Positions 17,201 to 24,857 of a stretch of DNA of 28,794 nucleotides are shown piece by piece; within the stretch, counting starts at the first letter, position 1; the number at the start of each line of letters is the position of its first letter. Both the position numbers and the translations under genes were made by a program. This DNA comes from a virus (taxonomy: Duplodnaviria; Caudoviricetes), in the IMG/VR virus record IMGVR_UViG_3300022666_000098, positions 1-28,794 of that record; one strand, 5' to 3'. The notes under the pieces are model-generated. The model had not been told where the DNA came from. It did no database searches and worked only from the letters and a program-made list of their open reading frames with translations.

Positions 17201-17797
17201 ATTCGCGACTGGCTGAGCGGCCAGGCTGGCGATAGCTGGAATGATGCTGTGTGGCCCGTGAAGTGGTGGGTGTCGGAGCGGCGCGGCAGCCATGATGACT
17301 ACTGGTGGGGGGAGGGCAGGATATTTGACAGTCGTTCCGAGGGTATAGACCGGTGCCGCAAACAGTACGAGGCTGCTTGTTCTCATTACGGCGGTGAGGA
17401 GGTCTTCGAGCGAACCATGCGCATGTACCAGGCTTACACTTACGAGTACCTATCCAAAGCCGACTACCGCAACAAAAACGCCGACGGTACCGTACGCCTG
17501 ATCCGCACCGAGAGCCAGAAACTCGTCCAGAGCATCGACAAAGCTAAGCAAGGTGATACCAGCGTAAAAACACGGCGCGGTGGATGCGAATCGACATCCA
17601 TCCTAAACCCGTTCTCCTACAAAGGCAGTGAGATCGTCCTGCAGAACATTCGCATCTGCGACATTCTGGCAACATATTGGACATCCAGGGGCGCGGGGTC
17701 TACCAGCGGCGCTTTGGCTGGTGACCACGAAAACGAGTTCGTAGCTATTCTTGGTCGCACGCCATATAATTACATTGGTGATGATTTCCAGGAATGA
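14273..17797 (+). CDS. MuF (SPP1 gp7-like) minor head protein fused to Nudix, kinase-like and ADP-ribosyltransferase-like domains
   Basis: MuF motifs RA..IASTET, W.TRRD..VC..C and HPRCRC; Nudix box G..EHP....REVREETGY; kinase motifs GGSTG/VMK/GNWD/DNIL/RIDNGG; ART-like R...STS...ENE. Confidence 0.88.
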   Translation: MARRLSTRQRRLMAARAQIEADLAVAVYQEMVVLWRSLYPSLRRLAEQRPDMTLGKRRLRKATFAGAGLWEQFQQRLEQRLTAAIDNGTASLNDIHNAWHQYHNDGMYSEVVIEPGELVTTHRAEIGARIKNIADQTRRSVGRAVAEWYNQPGETLDDLVTTLQANFGESRAAGIASTETTWLNSAVVRTRMEKLGIDRWVWSTRRDEIVCRSCRERNGRVYHRDDPMPPEASHPRCRCSPVEVVDMQSLAGIQPKPASAPPMHLTAAPEEQTPPFLTEEDNAAIAAIFNAPDDEPLPETVPQPPSPPPPKAIGVKQYVEIKGKAITGQPVTMEELDAAEVFSQKTWKKGQPWISTAKDILNQPPLPPLTVGQYVALSQKAVTAHLTPQEMDAVESFALKTWGKPPAWLAGHKVGELKPPTPAKVKVKKPVDLSAPVVIAPEPPPPAPKPAWQTASGGLSHDALRQVDVHSAEPTWKLKVPPYKARYGAVLIDDAGNVLLREPKGHYDGYAWTFAKGGPDYDGEHPVDVVEREVREETGYEIEIVGIVPGGFSSGNSTSYFFLARAKSHNPGAMDSETTSTAWVTPEQAQSMIGQSTNDAGRQRDLAILHAAVNEDTRVKAGTADYSHVFAGITPPEPPKPVRASKPIQQRNLFVQQTGFPTSVQGLQVVQKLGGSTGASLVHDPETGARFVMKRGNNAGHILEEAYTDAVYQAAGAPVPAFQLYETPSGPVKLSAYLPNARALADAGPEERAKAHKKLQEHFAVDALVGNWDVIGMNADNILVDDAGNVLRIDNGGGLRTRAQGAPKGEAWNEHPTEIWTMRGAAREKTDPEIAGANGQAVNVFGDMSYREIGRQMRELAKKRDAILAAVPDDVREVLSKRLDTMEHLGLTQERMDESKWQEAYQDRFGRSVVEMRRGGITKRAPLKMTTKKTYGKWDVTVRDENGKPFDSLRGSGSLVGSVYTMIDSAGGNSQIIRDWLSGQAGDSWNDAVWPVKWWVSERRGSHDDYWWGEGRIFDSRSEGIDRCRKQYEAACSHYGGEEVFERTMRMYQAYTYEYLSKADYRNKNADGTVRLIRTESQKLVQSIDKAKQGDTSVKTRRGGCESTSILNPFSYKGSEIVLQNIRICDILATYWTSRGAGSTSGALAGDHENEFVAILGRTPYNYIGDDFQE

Positions 17798-17810
17798 TGG
17801 AGGCGGTGTG

Positions 17811-18155
17811 ATGATTATCAAGGATGTGCGACAGTCGACCAGATATGATGGTTGTCTGGTCGGCGAGATCGACGGGAAGAAAGTTTTTATCCCCGCCATG
17901 CAAAAACCATACTTCCTCTCGGCTGGCTGTGTCCATGTTATCATGGCCGTGTACGATGGCTGGCCGTACGGATTTGACCCGTTCTCGCCAAAACAGATCG
18001 AGGTCGAGCCAGGTGTCAGCATGGAATTCGGGCGGCTTGCCCGCAGCCGGAAACTGGTAGACCTGTGCCGCCAGGTGGTGAGGGCCATTGAGGCGGACTA
18101 CGAGGGCTTTGAGGAGGGCAAGCTCCTGGCTGAGGAGGTCGAAATCGAGGAGTAG
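17811..18155 (+). CDS. hypothetical acidic protein, putative immunity partner of the MuF toxin
   Basis: GGAGG RBS; directly downstream of MuF and last gene before a new promoter. Confidence 0.6.
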   Translation: MIIKDVRQSTRYDGCLVGEIDGKKVFIPAMQKPYFLSAGCVHVIMAVYDGWPYGFDPFSPKQIEVEPGVSMEFGRLARSRKLVDLCRQVVRAIEADYEGFEEGKLLAEEVEIEE

Positions 18156-18159
18156 CACG

Positions 18160-18252
18160 TTGCGTGCGGGTAGGCCGCACGCTATACTCATCTCAGCTTG
18201 TCGGTGGCGTTGATCCCGGAGTGCAGAAATGCATTCCGGGATTTTTTGTTTT
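18160..18252 (+). promoter_or_regulatory. phage promoter repeat, copy 4, with conserved leader and terminator
   Basis: TTGCGT-17-TATACT; hairpin ATCCCGGAGTGCA-GAAA-TGCATTCCGGGAT (18213-18242) followed by TTTTTGTTTT. Confidence 0.85.
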
Positions 18253-18267
18253 CCGCAGGAGGCGGCC

Positions 18268-18765
18268 ATGAACGAAACCATTTGTGCAGCGCTGATCGCT
18301 CAGTTCAACCACGAGCGAGAAAACGCAGCGTTATACAGCAAGGTCTCTGATGATCTTGATCTGGAGGTCTGGCCGGGATTCGCTCACTGGTTCGCCCGCC
18401 AGGCTGCCGAGGAGGCGGATCACGCCCGCCGCATTGCCGGCTACCTGATTGACCGCGGGTGCCGGGTGGTGTACGCACCGTTGCCGGCACCGGATTGGCA
18501 GCCAGCTACCGGCGTACCGCTCCCGCTGCCGGCGGTCGAGGCGGGTCTGGCACGCGAGCGCCTGACCACCAGCCAGATCAACCAGGTGTATTACCTGGCG
18601 CAACAACTGGAAGACCCGGCCACCGCTGAGTTCCTGCTCTGGTTTGTGCGGGAGCAGATCGAGGAGGAGCGCCTGTTCGCCGATGCAGCCCAGGAGACCC
18701 GGCGCGCCGACATCGCCGGGCTGATGCTCCTGGACAAAGAAAAGAATATGCCAAATAGGAGGTGA
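18268..18765 (+). CDS. ftn: non-heme ferritin (FtnA-like)
   Basis: QFNHE...LY, GFAHWF..QAAEEADHA, ERLTT.QIN and D.AT..FL.WFVREQIEEE; the ferroxidase-centre pattern is intact; AGGAGG RBS. Confidence 0.9.
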   Translation: MNETICAALIAQFNHERENAALYSKVSDDLDLEVWPGFAHWFARQAAEEADHARRIAGYLIDRGCRVVYAPLPAPDWQPATGVPLPLPAVEAGLARERLTTSQINQVYYLAQQLEDPATAEFLLWFVREQIEEERLFADAAQETRRADIAGLMLLDKEKNMPNRR

Positions 18766-18768
18766 TCC

Positions 18769-19764
18769 ATGCGATACCAGGCACGGCAAACGGACACGGG
18801 GCGCTGGGTGGTGTATGACACCGAGAGCGAGCGGCAAATGGATGGCTTTCACGCCTCCCCGGACGCCGCCGTCGCCCAGGCCCGCGGGCTGGAGGCCGAA
18901 CTGCGCAAAGAGGCGCCGTCCGCTGATGACGGCGGCCCGAAGAATATCTTTATCCCGCTGGCGAAGGTGGACGAAGCTCGCCACGAAGTGTGGGGCTACG
19001 CCACCCTGGAAGAACCGGACGAAGGCGACGAAATCATGGACTACGATTCGTCGAAGCCGCTCTTCCTCAAGTGGAGCCAGGACGTAGCGTCCCGCTCGGG
19101 CGGCAAGTCCCTGGGAAACGTGCGCGGGCAGCACCGCGATGACGTTGCTGCCGGCAGGCTGATCGCCTTCACCCCAGACGACGACCGCAAGGGCTTCTGG
19201 GTCGGCGCCCATGTCGTGGACGCCGCCGAGTGGAAAAAGGTCGAGACGGGTGTATACACCGGCTTCTCGGTTGGCGGGCGGTATGCCCGGCGGTGGCCGG
19301 ACACGCGTATGAACAAAATGCGCTACACGGCCCGCCCGCTGGAGATCAGCCTCGTGGACGCCCCGTGCGTACGCAGCGCCACCTTCCAGTACGTCAAGGC
19401 CGACGGCTTGACCGAAGACCGTCCGTTTGTGCAGCCGGCGCTGGACGAAGCCCTGCAAAAGGCCGACGTTCCTGCTAGCCCGCAACCGGTCGGAACAGCG
19501 GCAGACGTGCCCGGCGTGGACGGCATCGACAGGATGCCGAACCAGGATGTGCCCATGCAGGTCTCGCCCGACAACCTGCCAGACGGCGAAACGCTGGCCG
19601 GCAGACACACCGGCGTCGAGGACATGCAGGCCCAGGCTGCCGAAATCATCCAGGCCACCAGCGCTGCGCCGGAGCCTGTCACCAAAAATGTCAAGGTGCG
19701 GCGCAGGATGCTCAAGGTAACACCGCCCCGCATGGTCAAAGTCAACAAAACCAGCGCTGTGTAG
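18769..19764 (+). CDS. prohead maturation serine protease (XkdF-like)
   Basis: KVDE.R.EVWGYA....D...E, VRGQH, WKKV..G.YTGFSVGG and EISLVD.P. Confidence 0.88.
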   Translation: MRYQARQTDTGRWVVYDTESERQMDGFHASPDAAVAQARGLEAELRKEAPSADDGGPKNIFIPLAKVDEARHEVWGYATLEEPDEGDEIMDYDSSKPLFLKWSQDVASRSGGKSLGNVRGQHRDDVAAGRLIAFTPDDDRKGFWVGAHVVDAAEWKKVETGVYTGFSVGGRYARRWPDTRMNKMRYTARPLEISLVDAPCVRSATFQYVKADGLTEDRPFVQPALDEALQKADVPASPQPVGTAADVPGVDGIDRMPNQDVPMQVSPDNLPDGETLAGRHTGVEDMQAQAAEIIQATSAAPEPVTKNVKVRRRMLKVTPPRMVKVNKTSAV

Positions 19765-19785
19765 CGTTGGTTAACTAACCCTATA
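19760..19785. repeat. 26-bp palindromic site, copy 4
   Basis: TGTAGCGTTG-GTTAAC-TAACCCTATA; overlaps the protease stop codon. Confidence 0.6.
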
Positions 19786-19808
19786 GCTGCTCCGCAGGAG
19801 ATTAAGAA

Positions 19809-21725
19809 ATGCCTACCCCCACCGTACCCGTGAAGAAGAAACTGGTTAAGTCCGAAGACCTGGCTGGCTTGCAGGCCCTCGGCAACCAGGTTCAGGCTCA
19901 GGCCGAGGCTGGAGAGATCGACGCCAGCCTGATCGAAAAACTGACCAGCGCCATCAATATTGCCGTCGACCAGGCCGGCGACCCCGTGAACGAGCGCGCC
20001 GACGAACTGGCCGGCGACGCCGGCGCCCAGGCTGCGCCCCCCGCCCCGACCCCCGCTCCCGCCGCGCCGGAAGCGCCGGATGACGACGACCTCAATAAGC
20101 GCTCCCCGCTGGCCGCCGCGCCCCCGCCCGTGTTCTACGTGCAGGGTGGCTACGAAGACGACATGCGCGCAAAATTGCCGGACTTTATCAAGGCCCTGGA
20201 TTCGGGCAGCGTGCGCGCCGCGCAGCGCATCTCCGGCACCAACCAGCAGGTTTTCGATGTCATGTTTAACATGGCGTGCAAGGCCCTGCTGACCGAGGGC
20301 GGATTTGTCTACAAAAATATCCGCGCCCTCAATGCCGCCGCTCCGACTATCGATGATGTGCTCAACAAATCCATCACTGCCGGCAACTACCCTGGCGTCT
20401 ACCTGATGCGGCTCGCAAAGTTGATGATGCCGCTGTATGCCGGTCTGCGCCGGCGCATCTCCGTGCAGACCCCGACGGTGGGGAGCGACCAGGCCCAGTG
20501 GAAGACCCAGATCGGCTTCCAGAACCTGAGCCGCGCCGCGGCGATGGTTGTGGCCGAGGCGGGGATCGGCCAGACGATGAACGAGACCCCGATCTCGTTC
20601 GCCACCGCGTTCCGCGATATCACCTTGAACGACGGGGTGACCCTCAAGTCTACGGCTGCCAGCCGGGGCTTTGACGACCCGTTGCAGATCGCTGTGATCC
20701 GCACCATGACCGCTCTGCTGGAGCTAGAGGAGCGCAAGCTGATCGGCGACAACTACGCCGCCATCAGCAAGCCCGCCTCCTGCACCGCCACCGGCACCGG
20801 TACCGGGTCGATTGGCAACTCAACCGACAAATTCATCGTGTCGGCGTTGACTTACCGCGGTTGGCTGGCCGGTTCTACCGGCGGAGCGAGTGCGGTTGGT
20901 GAGACCGATGGCACGCTGTCGGATGCGGTTGACCTGTCCGGCAAGGCCGGCGTGACCGTTGCCTGGCCGGCGGTTAAGGGCGCCGTCGCCTACAACCTGT
21001 TCTACAACCCGGCATCGCACGCAACCAACAAGTATTACATCGGCACCTACACTGCCAACAGTGTGGCGCTGACCAGCCTGCCGTCCAGCGGCAACGCCCC
21101 GTCCGCCTCAAACGTCAGCGCCAACAGCTACGGCTGGGAAGGCCTGATCTCCTGGGGCGCGCTCTCGACCATCTACGGTAATGCCATTCCCGGCAAGGTG
21201 GCGATGGTTGACAACGCCGGCGCGGCGCTGACCACCGGGTCGTCGGGTGTCACCCAGATCGACAGTGTGCTTGCAAACCTGTGGACGCAGTGGCAGATCG
21301 CCCCGACGCTGATGGTTATGTCGGCTAACACCGTCGGGCATTTAACCGACAAAATCCTGGCGCTGAACTCGGGTGCGATGTACCGCATCGAGGTCAGTCA
21401 GGAGCGCGGCACCATGCAGGGTGGGGCGTTTGTGACGGGATATGTAAACAAGTTTGCTCCCTACTCTGACGGAACGCCGCGCTACATCGACGTCATGCCC
21501 CATCCGTACTTCCCGGACGGCATGATCCAGTTTCTCTGTGAAACCATTCCCTACCCGACCAGCCGGGAGGCCCGTGGCTTCGCGCTGGACACCCTGATCC
21601 CGTACACTTACTTCCCGTTGGCGTCGGTCGACCTGAGCTACCCGTTCGCCATGACGGTGAGCGAAGTGCCTGAGTGCTTCCACCCGGCGGCCCAGGTTGT
21701 CCTGGCTGGCATCAAGGTGAGCTGA
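19809..21725 (+). CDS. major capsid protein with a scaffold-like N-terminus and an internal beta-rich insertion
   Basis: Position after the protease; AGGAG RBS; LELEERKLIGDN backbone-helix-like motif; PTLMVMS; IDVMPHPYFPDG. Confidence 0.82.
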   Translation: MPTPTVPVKKKLVKSEDLAGLQALGNQVQAQAEAGEIDASLIEKLTSAINIAVDQAGDPVNERADELAGDAGAQAAPPAPTPAPAAPEAPDDDDLNKRSPLAAAPPPVFYVQGGYEDDMRAKLPDFIKALDSGSVRAAQRISGTNQQVFDVMFNMACKALLTEGGFVYKNIRALNAAAPTIDDVLNKSITAGNYPGVYLMRLAKLMMPLYAGLRRRISVQTPTVGSDQAQWKTQIGFQNLSRAAAMVVAEAGIGQTMNETPISFATAFRDITLNDGVTLKSTAASRGFDDPLQIAVIRTMTALLELEERKLIGDNYAAISKPASCTATGTGTGSIGNSTDKFIVSALTYRGWLAGSTGGASAVGETDGTLSDAVDLSGKAGVTVAWPAVKGAVAYNLFYNPASHATNKYYIGTYTANSVALTSLPSSGNAPSASNVSANSYGWEGLISWGALSTIYGNAIPGKVAMVDNAGAALTTGSSGVTQIDSVLANLWTQWQIAPTLMVMSANTVGHLTDKILALNSGAMYRIEVSQERGTMQGGAFVTGYVNKFAPYSDGTPRYIDVMPHPYFPDGMIQFLCETIPYPTSREARGFALDTLIPYTYFPLASVDLSYPFAMTVSEVPECFHPAAQVVLAGIKVS

Positions 21726-22321
21726 TGACCGTACCGCACATCACGGACGAAGGCTTTGACGAACTGCAACGTGGCCTGCAACGGGCGTCCCGCCTGGCGC
21801 TGCCGCTTGCGGAGCGTGCCATCGGCGTTGCGCTGACGGCGCTGGAGTCCGTGATGGCGCCTTATCCGCCGCAGCCAGACCGGGATCGGGCGAACCAGGA
21901 CGGGGAAAAGCCCTCGCCGTACAACACCTACGTGCGCGGCATCGGGCATTTCCCCCGCTCTGCCTTCCGGCAGGTGGAGGGTGTGTGGCAGCGGAAAAAG
22001 ACCGGCGCGTACAAGCCCGGCCCGAAGGGCGGGAAGGTGCGCCGCACCAGCCAGCAGCTTGACAAACGTTGGCGTATCCGGGTAGTCCGCGAGGGTCAGG
22101 CGGTGGTTGGGACGCTGGAGAACACCGCATCCTATTCCGGCTATGTCCTCGGGCACAAAGCCGGCGTGGAATCCAACGATGGCACGCCGGCCCAGGCGCC
22201 GTTCCACGCCGAAACGGGTTGGCCGAACGTCGATGATTCGCTGGCACACGTCCAGCCGATCATCGACCAGGCGTTCGAGACGGTCATCAACACGTTTGTG
22301 ACGCAGTTGGCGGGAGGGTGA
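21725..22321 (+). CDS. HK97 gp10-like neck/tail-completion protein
   Basis: RRTSQQL...W, NTASYSGYV and Q...H...GW patterns; position after the capsid gene. Confidence 0.6.
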   Translation: MTVPHITDEGFDELQRGLQRASRLALPLAERAIGVALTALESVMAPYPPQPDRDRANQDGEKPSPYNTYVRGIGHFPRSAFRQVEGVWQRKKTGAYKPGPKGGKVRRTSQQLDKRWRIRVVREGQAVVGTLENTASYSGYVLGHKAGVESNDGTPAQAPFHAETGWPNVDDSLAHVQPIIDQAFETVINTFVTQLAGG

Positions 22322-22322
22322 T

Positions 22323-22943
22323 GTGGAGTACACGACCTTAACCCGGGTTAAATCCGAAATGAAAGTGGCGTCGGCGGTAACGGTCGAGGATGCATTGCTA
22401 TCCACGCTCATTACCGCGGCGAGCCGGGCTATCGACCGCTGGTGCACCGGCGTTCCAGACAACGAGGCGGTGGACTATCTCAAATCCGAGACCAAAACGG
22501 ATGAGATACTGCCCGGTCAGATGAGCAACCACGGTGTTGTGCTCGTATACCCGCACAAACCGGTCGTCGCTGCCGTTTCTGCGTTCGCCTACCGGCAAAA
22601 ACCGGTAGATGAGTGGGTGACGGTGGATGCCGCCCGCACCTGGGCCAACGGCCCGCTGGTCGAGGCGTACCCGTCGCCGGCGCTGTTTCTGTCCTCACGC
22701 TGCCAGGTGCGCATTACCTACACCGGCGGTCTGGCGAGCGATGTCGCTGCGCTGCCGGCAGACCTGGTGGAGGCGGCAACGCTGCTCTCGATCCGCTACT
22801 ACAAGGAGGCCGAATCGGGGCTCAACGACGCCGTGGGCATCGCCGAATTGGCAACGATGATCTACACCAAAGCGTGGCCGGTGAGAGTGCTTGAGCAACT
22901 GCAACCGTTCCGGCGCACGGTCGGCTGGAGGCACATTGCATGA
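22323..22943 (+). CDS. head-tail adaptor (gp6-like)
   Basis: YTTL..VK, D.LL..LI.AAS..ID..C, ITYTGG....P.DL..A and L.PFRR. Confidence 0.82.
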   Translation: MEYTTLTRVKSEMKVASAVTVEDALLSTLITAASRAIDRWCTGVPDNEAVDYLKSETKTDEILPGQMSNHGVVLVYPHKPVVAAVSAFAYRQKPVDEWVTVDAARTWANGPLVEAYPSPALFLSSRCQVRITYTGGLASDVAALPADLVEAATLLSIRYYKEAESGLNDAVGIAELATMIYTKAWPVRVLEQLQPFRRTVGWRHIA

Positions 22944-23416
22944 GCGCTACCGACTTCACCGTTGAGAACCTATCGGCCTTCCTGGCGACCGTGGAGGCCG
23001 AGATCGCCGGCGTCAACCGGGCCTACGCCGCGCCACCGGAAACGGTCAGCGGCAACGGCGTGGTGTTCGTCAACCTGCCCGGCCCGGCTACGCTGGTGCC
23101 AGAGGGGTCTGACGATCTGGCGACGGAGGTGTACGAGACGCGCCAGTTCTACTGCAACCTGTTGGTTGCGCCAACCGGCACCGGCCTGTCGGGTGAGATC
23201 ATCGCCCGCACCATGCCGTTCTTCTCCGCAGTCCGGGATAAGTTCCTGTCCCTGTCTGCGTCCGGCCGCTCCGGCCAGGTGAATATCCTCGGACTGGTGT
23301 ATATGGGAGACTCCGGCATCCTCCAGAACATGGAGTACGGCGGCATCCAGTACACCGGCATCCGGTTCACCGTCGCCGTGACCGGGAGGGTGAGGGCCAG
23401 CTATGACGACTATTAA
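22940..23416 (+). CDS. probable tail terminator/completion protein
   Basis: ATGA coupling; size and position before the tail tube. Confidence 0.6.
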   Translation: MSATDFTVENLSAFLATVEAEIAGVNRAYAAPPETVSGNGVVFVNLPGPATLVPEGSDDLATEVYETRQFYCNLLVAPTGTGLSGEIIARTMPFFSAVRDKFLSLSASGRSGQVNILGLVYMGDSGILQNMEYGGIQYTGIRFTVAVTGRVRASYDDY

Positions 23417-23579
23417 ACCAAAATCAGATCCACTGACCGGCGTCTGCCCGATCTGCGGCAAAACCGGCCTGTTTACCCCGCACCCGGAAAAACCGGGGCG
23501 CATCGTATTAATCTGTGACTGCAACCCGGCGGGCCCGGTGATCGAGACCGACGCGCCGAAACAGCATCAGGAGGTATAG
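23403..23579 (+). CDS. 58-aa Cys-containing (zinc-ribbon-like) protein, absent from the ORF track
   Basis: MTTIKPKSDPLTGVCPICGK...LICDCNP...EV*; fills the gap and stops 1 nt before the tail tube ATG. Confidence 0.65.
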   Translation: MTTIKPKSDPLTGVCPICGKTGLFTPHPEKPGRIVLICDCNPAGPVIETDAPKQHQEV

Positions 23580-23580
23580 C

Positions 23581-24396
23581 ATGACTGCTCCAACTGGCGT
23601 TTCCTCTGGCGTTGGGTTTCGCAACGCCGTTCTGTTCGAGCTTGACTCCAGCGGCTACCCGAAGGCCACCTCGACCACGGCCTACGAGGGTAAGCGAATC
23701 TCGGGTGAAAAGACCTGCACCATCAACGACCCGGATCCCCGGCGCATCTCGCACATCGGCGACGATAGCCTGGTGTCCATCGATATGCTGCCGCCGACCG
23801 AGGCCATCTCGGGCGAGATGCATACCAGCAAGGCAAACGGCATCATCGACGCCGTGATCTCCGGCCAAAAACTATTCACTGTTGGCGAAGCGTCCCTGTT
23901 TGGCGTCGGGACGGATAAGCGCGGCTTCGAGCCACAGGTGGCCGTCCTGGCCTACCGCCAGGCGCAGGACACTGACCCAGACTCGCCGACCTTTGGCCTG
24001 CGCGCCTGGGATTTCCGCATCATGCCGAAGGTCGTACTTTACGCACGAGAGAACGGCTTTGCCGACAGCCCGGAAGATCGCATCTATTCCCTGGTGCCGA
24101 TGTTCTGCACCGCGCACCTGTGGGGGACGGTGTTCAGCGAGGCGACCGAGGGCTTTGCCCGCTGCCAGATGCTGCGGGGTCTGTCCTGGTACAAGCCAAA
24201 AATCGTCGCCTGGAAGGGCGATAACGCTACCGTAGAGTTTCTCTTCCCGACTGCTGCGCCGGCGGTGTCGGTAAGCAAGGTCGCTGTGTGGAAAAACGGC
24301 GTGGCTGTCACCCCGACGGTGGCCGTCAACAAACTCACGTTCTCGACCGCCCCGGCCACCGGGGACATGATCGTCGCCTACTACGAGGTGGCATGA
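23581..24396 (+). CDS. major tail tube protein with a C-terminal Ig-like appendage
   Basis: AGGAGG RBS; position; beta-rich C-terminus VWKNGV...LTFSTAPATGDMIVAYY. Confidence 0.75.
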   Translation: MTAPTGVSSGVGFRNAVLFELDSSGYPKATSTTAYEGKRISGEKTCTINDPDPRRISHIGDDSLVSIDMLPPTEAISGEMHTSKANGIIDAVISGQKLFTVGEASLFGVGTDKRGFEPQVAVLAYRQAQDTDPDSPTFGLRAWDFRIMPKVVLYARENGFADSPEDRIYSLVPMFCTAHLWGTVFSEATEGFARCQMLRGLSWYKPKIVAWKGDNATVEFLFPTAAPAVSVSKVAVWKNGVAVTPTVAVNKLTFSTAPATGDMIVAYYEVA

Positions 24397-24857
24397 TGTC
24401 CATGCTGATCGACTCGTTGGCGCGGATCAAGAACACCCTGCTGGGCACCCCGGCGACGGCCAGCGACCAGGCGCAACTCACCGTCAGTCTGGCGGCAATC
24501 GCCGAAAATCTACAGGCTACCAGTGACCACCCCGGCGTGGTGGAGCTTGCCACCTCCACCGAAACCCAGGCCGGCTCGGACGCGGTGCGTGCCGTCACGC
24601 CCGCCGGCCTGGCAGCCCGCACCGCCACCACCACCCGCACCGGCGTGGTGGAACTGGCGACCGACACCGAGGCGAAAGCGCTGGCCGATACCGGACGTGC
24701 GGTGACGCCCGGCAACCTGGGGGCCGTCCTGGCTGCCCTGGGCGACGTGACGTTCCAGGCCAGCAAAGGGCCGCTGCTGATCTCCCCGGATGCCAGCGTC
24801 TGGCGGCTGAAAGTGGCGGATGACGGCACCGTATCAGCGGAGGAGGTGACGCCGTGA
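24393..24857 (+). CDS. small protein with two tail-fibre-type repeats
   Basis: AT...GVVELAT..E......RAVTP occurs twice; C-terminal LISPD..VWRLKV.DDG. Confidence 0.72.
   Translation: MMSMLIDSLARIKNTLLGTPATASDQAQLTVSLAAIAENLQATSDHPGVVELATSTETQAGSDAVRAVTPAGLAARTATTTRTGVVELATDTEAKALADTGRAVTPGNLGAVLAALGDVTFQASKGPLLISPDASVWRLKVADDGTVSAEEVTP

Noticed and set aside
18331-19608. 425-aa minus-strand ORF
   Set aside because: Antisense to the well-supported ferritin and protease genes.
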